This document shows, one piece after another, positions 51,200 to 55,662 of a stretch of DNA of 55,662 nucleotides. The stretch covers positions 1 to 55,662 of the forward strand of contig JBAZYZ010000002.1 of assembly GCA_041659085.1 (NCBI GenBank), read 5' to 3'. The notes under the pieces are model-generated. The model was not told where the DNA came from, did no database searches, and worked only from the letters and a program-made list of their open reading frames with translations. The translations under genes were made by a program, and so were the position numbers. The stretch's first letter is position 1; the number at the start of each line of letters is the position of its first letter. Origin of the DNA: Minisyncoccota bacterium. Lineage in GTDB: Bacteria > Patescibacteriota > Minisyncoccia > Phycocordibacterales > VMEP01.

Positions 51200-52276
51200 A
51201 TGTCGGATGAAAGCCACTCAACAATCAGCATAAGTTCCGGGACGATATTCCGCACGGTTCTCATACTGCTTCTTTTTGTGGCGCTCTATCTAATCCGCGA
51301 TGTCATCCTCATTATATTGACCTCGGTCGTTATCGCTTCCGCGATAGAGCCGGCCACAAGATGGCTGATGGGGTATCGCTTTCCGCGCGTTGTGGCGGTC
51401 ATTTCGATATTCCTGGCTTTTTTCGTATTTTTTTCCGGCTTTTTTTATTTCTTCCTCCCCCCGCTTCTGGACGACCTTTCTGGTTTCGCATCTTCAATAC
51501 CGCAGTATCTTGAATCATTGGGTGGCGGAGGAAATAATTCTTTGTCCGGCATTTTCGGTCCGCAGGGTGTTATAGACAATCTTTCCGGGTCATCGGTTTC
51601 TGTTAAGGATTTGATATCGCAATTGCAGGGCGCCTTTTTCGGATTTTCCAGCGGCATTTTTAGCGGAGTTAATATAATCTTCGGCGGCCTTCTTTCCTTC
51701 ATACTAATCGCCGTCATATCCTTCTATTTGTCGGTCCAAGAGAAGGGAATAGAAAATTTCTTGCGGATAGTGACTTCCGTCAAATATGAGAACTACGCTT
51801 TGGATCTTTGGGCGCGTACCCGCCGCAAGATAGGTCTTTGGATGCAGGGGCAGTTGGTCCTGGGACTTCTTATTGGAGTCTTCACTTATCTCGGTCTTTC
51901 TATCATGAACCTTCCGTACGCTTTTTTGCTTTCGGTCATAGCGGCTTTGTTTGAATTGATACCTCTCTTCGGCCCGACCTTGGCGGCGGTTCCGGCAGTT
52001 GCCATAGCATTTACTAGCGGCGGGGCGGGACTTGGGTTTGCGGTAGTTGGTTTCTATATAGTCATACAGCAGTTTGAAAATCATCTCATTTATCCGCTTA
52101 TAGTGAGGAAGATTATTGGTGTTCCGCCGCTTGTCGCCATTTTAGCTTTGCTTATTTTTGGAAAGCTTTTTGGTTTTCTCGGGCTTATAATTGCCGTGCC
52201 GGCGGTCACAATGATGCTTGAGGTGGCTGACGACCTGGAAAAAAGAAAAGGCCCAAAGAGGGTAAAAACGGCATAA
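51200..52276 (+). CDS. AI-2E family transporter (PerM/YhhT-like)
   Basis: 358 aa, about 8 TM helices. ...LIPLFGPTLAAVPAVAIAF....QQFENHLIYPLIV. Confidence 0.85.
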   Translation: MSDESHSTISISSGTIFRTVLILLLFVALYLIRDVILIILTSVVIASAIEPATRWLMGYRFPRVVAVISIFLAFFVFFSGFFYFFLPPLLDDLSGFASSIPQYLESLGGGGNNSLSGIFGPQGVIDNLSGSSVSVKDLISQLQGAFFGFSSGIFSGVNIIFGGLLSFILIAVISFYLSVQEKGIENFLRIVTSVKYENYALDLWARTRRKIGLWMQGQLVLGLLIGVFTYLGLSIMNLPYAFLLSVIAALFELIPLFGPTLAAVPAVAIAFTSGGAGLGFAVVGFYIVIQQFENHLIYPLIVRKIIGVPPLVAILALLIFGKLFGFLGLIIAVPAVTMMLEVADDLEKRKGPKRVKTA

Positions 52277-52302
52277 GAATAAATACTGACGGTAAAAATC
52301 AA

Positions 52303-53754
52303 ATGAGGAAGACATTTTATATCACAACCACGCTTCCATACGTGAATGCGGACCCGCATTTCGGACATGCTATGGAATTTGTGCGTGCCGACGTTGTCGC
52401 CCGCTACCATCGCCTTATAGGGGACGAAGTATTTTTCAACACCGGCACGGACGAGCACGGGTCTAAGCTTTTAAATGACGCCAAAGCGGCAGGCCGTGAC
52501 GTGAAAGAATACGTGGATGAATACGCCGCCCGTTTCCGTCTGCTTAAAGACAAACTGAATCTTTCAGTGGACAATTTTATACGCACAACTGACCCGCACC
52601 ACGAGATGGCGGCGCAGGAATTCTGGCGGCAGTGCGACAAGAACGGTCACATATACAAAAAAAATTACGAAATAAAATATTGTGTCGGTTGCGAATTGGA
52701 AAAGACTGAATCGGAGCTTGACGAAAACGGCCGTTGCCCGATTCATCCGAATAAAGAGATAGAGATAATCAACGAGGAAAATTATTTTTTCAGATTCTCG
52801 GCGTTTCAGCAAAAGCTTCTTGATTTTTACGAAAAAAATCCGGATTTTGTGATTCCTGATTTTAGGTTTAACGAAATGAAGGCTTTTGTCGGAAGAGGGC
52901 TTCAGGACTTCTCCATTTCACGCCTGAAGTCAAAGATGCCTTGGGGTATTCCTGTGCCGGGAGACGAAAGTCAGGTAATGTACGTTTGGTTTGACGCGCT
53001 GGTTAATTATATTTCCGCTATAGGCTGGCCGGATGATATGGAGACGTTCAATAAATGGCATGTTCAAAGCGGCGGTATGGTTCAATATTGCGGCAAAGAC
53101 AATAACCGACAACAGTCGGCGATGTGGCAGGCGATGCTTATGTCCGTCGGCTTGCCTCCGTCAAAACATATAGTTATTAACGGATTCATAAATACAGGCG
53201 GACAAAAAATGTCCAAATCGCTCGGCAATGTTATCTCGCCTTTTGATGTGGTGGATCTATTTAAAGATGTTACCGATTTTCCGGAAGACGTTCTTCGTTT
53301 TGTCGTCTTACATGACGTCTCCAGTTTTGAGGATGGGGATGTAACGATGGAGTCAATCAAAAACTCGTACCGCGCGAATCTGCAGGACGGCTTGGGGAAC
53401 CTCGTCTCCAGAATTATGAAGATGTCTACCTCAAACAGCGTAAGTTATGTTATTGAGGACAAAAACGAGCCGTTTTGGACTGATGAAAATTCTTTTGATA
53501 TGCACGATGAGATGGTTACTATTTGGAACAGGATCTCATCTCTTGACGCCAGAATCCAGCATGAAGAGCCTTTTAGGGTAATAAAAACAAATAAAGATGA
53601 GGGAGAGAGGGTAATAAAAGAATTGATTCGGGAACTTTTCAGGATAAGCGGACAACTTGAACCATTCCTGCCTAATACTGCCGCTGAAATGCAGAGACTG
53701 ATAAAAGAAAACAAGATGCCGGACAAGCCGCTGTTTGCCCGCCTGGAGAGATAA
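52303..53754 (+). CDS. metG: Methionine--tRNA ligase (short form)
   Basis: 483 aa. TTTLPYVNADPHFGHAME (HIGH), Zn knuckle CVGCE...CPIH, KMSKSLGN. Confidence 0.93.
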   Translation: MRKTFYITTTLPYVNADPHFGHAMEFVRADVVARYHRLIGDEVFFNTGTDEHGSKLLNDAKAAGRDVKEYVDEYAARFRLLKDKLNLSVDNFIRTTDPHHEMAAQEFWRQCDKNGHIYKKNYEIKYCVGCELEKTESELDENGRCPIHPNKEIEIINEENYFFRFSAFQQKLLDFYEKNPDFVIPDFRFNEMKAFVGRGLQDFSISRLKSKMPWGIPVPGDESQVMYVWFDALVNYISAIGWPDDMETFNKWHVQSGGMVQYCGKDNNRQQSAMWQAMLMSVGLPPSKHIVINGFINTGGQKMSKSLGNVISPFDVVDLFKDVTDFPEDVLRFVVLHDVSSFEDGDVTMESIKNSYRANLQDGLGNLVSRIMKMSTSNSVSYVIEDKNEPFWTDENSFDMHDEMVTIWNRISSLDARIQHEEPFRVIKTNKDEGERVIKELIRELFRISGQLEPFLPNTAAEMQRLIKENKMPDKPLFARLER

Positions 53755-53755
53755 T

Positions 53756-54544
53756 ATGCGGTTTTTTGACGCACATTCGCACATACACGGGAAAGAATTT
53801 GACTCCGACCGGAGTGAAGTCTTGGCGCGCATGCGCGCGGCGGAAGTCTCAACTATTACTGTCGGCACATATTTGGAAAGTTCGCGCCAAGCTGTTGCGT
53901 TAGCTGAGAGTGAGCCTGATGTCTGGGCGACAATAGGGTTGCATCCCACAGACACCGACGAACCTTTTGACGAAAAAGAATTCCGCAAACTGGCGGAACA
54001 CAAAAAGGTTGTCGGCATAGGGGAGTGCGGGCTGGATTATTTTTGGGAAAAGGACGAACAAAAAAGAAAAATTCAGCGTGAAAATTTTTCGAAGCAGATT
54101 GAACTTTCCATTTCGTTAAACAAACCGCTTATGGTTCACGGCCGCCCGTCAAAGGGGAGTATGGACGCGTATGAAGATGCGCTAGGCATACTAAATGCAA
54201 GATATCCTATGCCGGGCGCCATACCTTCCGGGAATATACATTTTTTTGTCGGCGGCAGGGATATAGCCAAAAAATTTCTGGACCTCGGTTTTACCATGTC
54301 TTTTACCGGTGTTGTCACTTTTGCCAGAGATTATGATGAAGTCATAAGATATATTCCCCTTGAATCGATTCTTTCCGAAACCGACTGTCCGTATGTGGCG
54401 CCCGCGCCTTACCGCGGCAAGCGTAACGAGCCGGCCTATGTAACAGAGGTGGTAAAAGCCATTTCAAGCATTAAAAAACTGCCCGTAGAAACTGTTTCAG
54501 AGAGACTTTTGGCCAATGCCTGCAGGGTTTTTGGCCTAAATTAA
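53756..54544 (+). CDS. TatD family metal-dependent hydrolase/DNase
   Basis: ATG at 53756 gives MRFFDAHSHIHG.... Also GECGLDY and SETDCPYVAP. Confidence 0.9.
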   Translation: MRFFDAHSHIHGKEFDSDRSEVLARMRAAEVSTITVGTYLESSRQAVALAESEPDVWATIGLHPTDTDEPFDEKEFRKLAEHKKVVGIGECGLDYFWEKDEQKRKIQRENFSKQIELSISLNKPLMVHGRPSKGSMDAYEDALGILNARYPMPGAIPSGNIHFFVGGRDIAKKFLDLGFTMSFTGVVTFARDYDEVIRYIPLESILSETDCPYVAPAPYRGKRNEPAYVTEVVKAISSIKKLPVETVSERLLANACRVFGLN

Positions 54545-54603
54545 GGCATCTTTACTTTATCGCCTCCCTTTGTTAGTATGGAGCCCATACGCAAAATCAA
54601 AAA

Positions 54604-55086
54604 ATGACTGAAACAAACGCAGAATTGAATAATGAGGGAACAAAAATCTACGAATTGAGCTATCTTCTGGTGCCCGAGCTTGCCGAAGAAGCCGCAGCTC
54701 ATGAAGTCGGCGCTCTGAAGTCGCTTATCATGGATACGTTCGGGGGTGTTGAGATTTCCGGCGAAGCTCCTAGAGAAATCGACCTTGCTTATCAAATGGA
54801 AAGGCAAATAGGCGCCAAAAAGGATAAATACACAAAGGCGCTCTTTGGCTGGGTTAAATTTGAACTTTCTCAGGATAAAATTGCTGAAGTTAAGAAGGTT
54901 CTTGATAAGAACAATAAGATAATCCGTTTCCTTATAATTAAAACTGTTCGCGAGAACACAATGGCGGCAAAGAAGGTTTTTGCCGGTACTGGATATAAGA
55001 AACCGGTTGGCGGCGCGAAGGGCGATGCGTCACCAATGTCCGAAGAGGAACTTGATAAAACCATCGCCGAGTTGGTTGTTGAATAA
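54604..55086 (+). CDS. rpsF: 30S ribosomal protein S6 (with a C-terminal extension)
   Basis: 160 aa. YELSYLLVPEL... start. Position upstream of ssb and rpsR matches the conserved rpsF-ssb-rpsR order. Confidence 0.8.
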   Translation: MTETNAELNNEGTKIYELSYLLVPELAEEAAAHEVGALKSLIMDTFGGVEISGEAPREIDLAYQMERQIGAKKDKYTKALFGWVKFELSQDKIAEVKKVLDKNNKIIRFLIIKTVRENTMAAKKVFAGTGYKKPVGGAKGDASPMSEEELDKTIAELVVE

Positions 55087-55100
55087 ATTTTTTAATATCT

Positions 55101-55535
55101 ATGTATATCAATAAAGCTCTAGTTTATGGGAATCTGACCCGCGACCCGGAGTTGAAATCTCTGCCGTCGGGCAACAAAGTCTGCACTTTTTCAGTCGCAA
55201 CCAACCGGGTATGGAAGTCTCAGGACGGTTCAAAACAGGAGTCAACCGACTACCATAATATTGTGGTATTCGGCAGGCAGGCGGAGACAAGCGCCCAATA
55301 CCTGAAGAAAGGAGCCGGCGCTTTCATAGAAGGGCGTCTCCAGACCAGAAGCTGGGAGCAGGAAGGGCAGAAAAAGTACCGCACCGAGATTGTTGCCGAC
55401 CGGGTGCAGTTTGGTCCGCGTTTGGGAGGAGCATCATCGGTTTCCGCCAGCCAGGCGGCGCCTCAGGCGGTAGATGAAACCCCGGCGATTGATTATCCGG
55501 AAGAAGACATAAATCCTGAAGATATTCCGTTTTAA
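55101..55535 (+). CDS. ssb: Single-stranded DNA-binding protein
   Basis: 144 aa. NKALVYGNLTRDPELK OB fold. Acidic tail ending EDIPF. Confidence 0.93.
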   Translation: MYINKALVYGNLTRDPELKSLPSGNKVCTFSVATNRVWKSQDGSKQESTDYHNIVVFGRQAETSAQYLKKGAGAFIEGRLQTRSWEQEGQKKYRTEIVADRVQFGPRLGGASSVSASQAAPQAVDETPAIDYPEEDINPEDIPF

Positions 55536-55561
55536 TAATTATTGTGATAGAGTGAAAACTT

Positions 55562-55662
55562 ATGAAAAAACAGTGCTACTTCAATTCAAATAATATAAAA
55601 CACATAGACTACAAGGACGTTGAAACCTTGAAGAAGTTTATTACCCCGCACGCGAGAATGAC
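55562..55662 (+). CDS. rpsR: 30S ribosomal protein S18, N-terminal fragment (runs off the window end)
   Basis: MKKQCYFNSNNIKHIDYKDVETLKKFITPHARM... matches the bS18 N-terminus, and the synteny with rpsF-ssb fits. Confidence 0.85.
   Translation, partial: MKKQCYFNSNNIKHIDYKDVETLKKFITPHARM

Noticed and set aside
1-55662. A scan for CRISPR arrays, IS elements or transposases, integrases, rRNA, tmRNA, RNase P RNA, SRP RNA and toxin-antitoxin pairs.
   Set aside because: I saw no regularly spaced direct repeats, no DDE or tyrosine-recombinase-like ORFs, and no recognisable conserved cores of these RNAs. Absence by eye is not proof, so Infernal/Rfam and ISfinder-type searches should confirm it.

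Overview
This 55.7 kb window is dense, mostly housekeeping sequence from a small-genome bacterium. Short genes, overlapping starts and stops, secE-nusG-rplK with no rplA after it, and type IV pilus and peptidoglycan genes make me infer a CPR/Patescibacteria (Parcubacteria-like) origin. I support 64 protein-coding genes and 7 tRNA genes: Arg-GCG, Arg-CCG, Arg-UCU, Ser-UGA, Val-UAC, Leu-GAG and His-GUG. The coding genes include:
- four aminoacyl-tRNA synthetases (argS, ileS, glyQS, metG);
- ribosomal proteins S20, L19, L11, S6 and S18;
- DNA repair and recombination genes (mutM, ruvA, ruvX, recO, family-4 UDG, ssb, a PIF1-like helicase);
- cell-envelope genes (a MurE-like ligase, an amidase, uppS, pilM).

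There are two accessory blocks. One is a CsoR-controlled copper island at 20.5-25.5 kb (SHOCT, csoR, copA, DUF305, HMA-permease, cupredoxin). The other is a disulfide-bond module at 28.4-30.1 kb (Cys-rich DoxX, DsbA, VKOR).

The best candidate for something undescribed is a tight minus-strand operon at 33.3-38.2 kb. It encodes a ParB/Srx-fold protein, a tandem cytidine-deaminase-fold protein, an 803-aa multidomain protein with a ThyA-like catalytic core, and a HAD phosphatase. It is divergently paired with dut-glyA.

Other notable observations:
- IleRS carries a ~200-aa histidine-phosphatase (RHG) domain insertion.
- Two tRNA genes are each followed, ~150 nt downstream, by a repeat of their own 3' end.
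- Many TATAAT boxes sit 6-8 nt upstream of start codons, which would imply leaderless mRNAs.

I saw no CRISPR array, transposase, integrase or rRNA. All calls come from reading the sequence and from motif memory; no searches were run.
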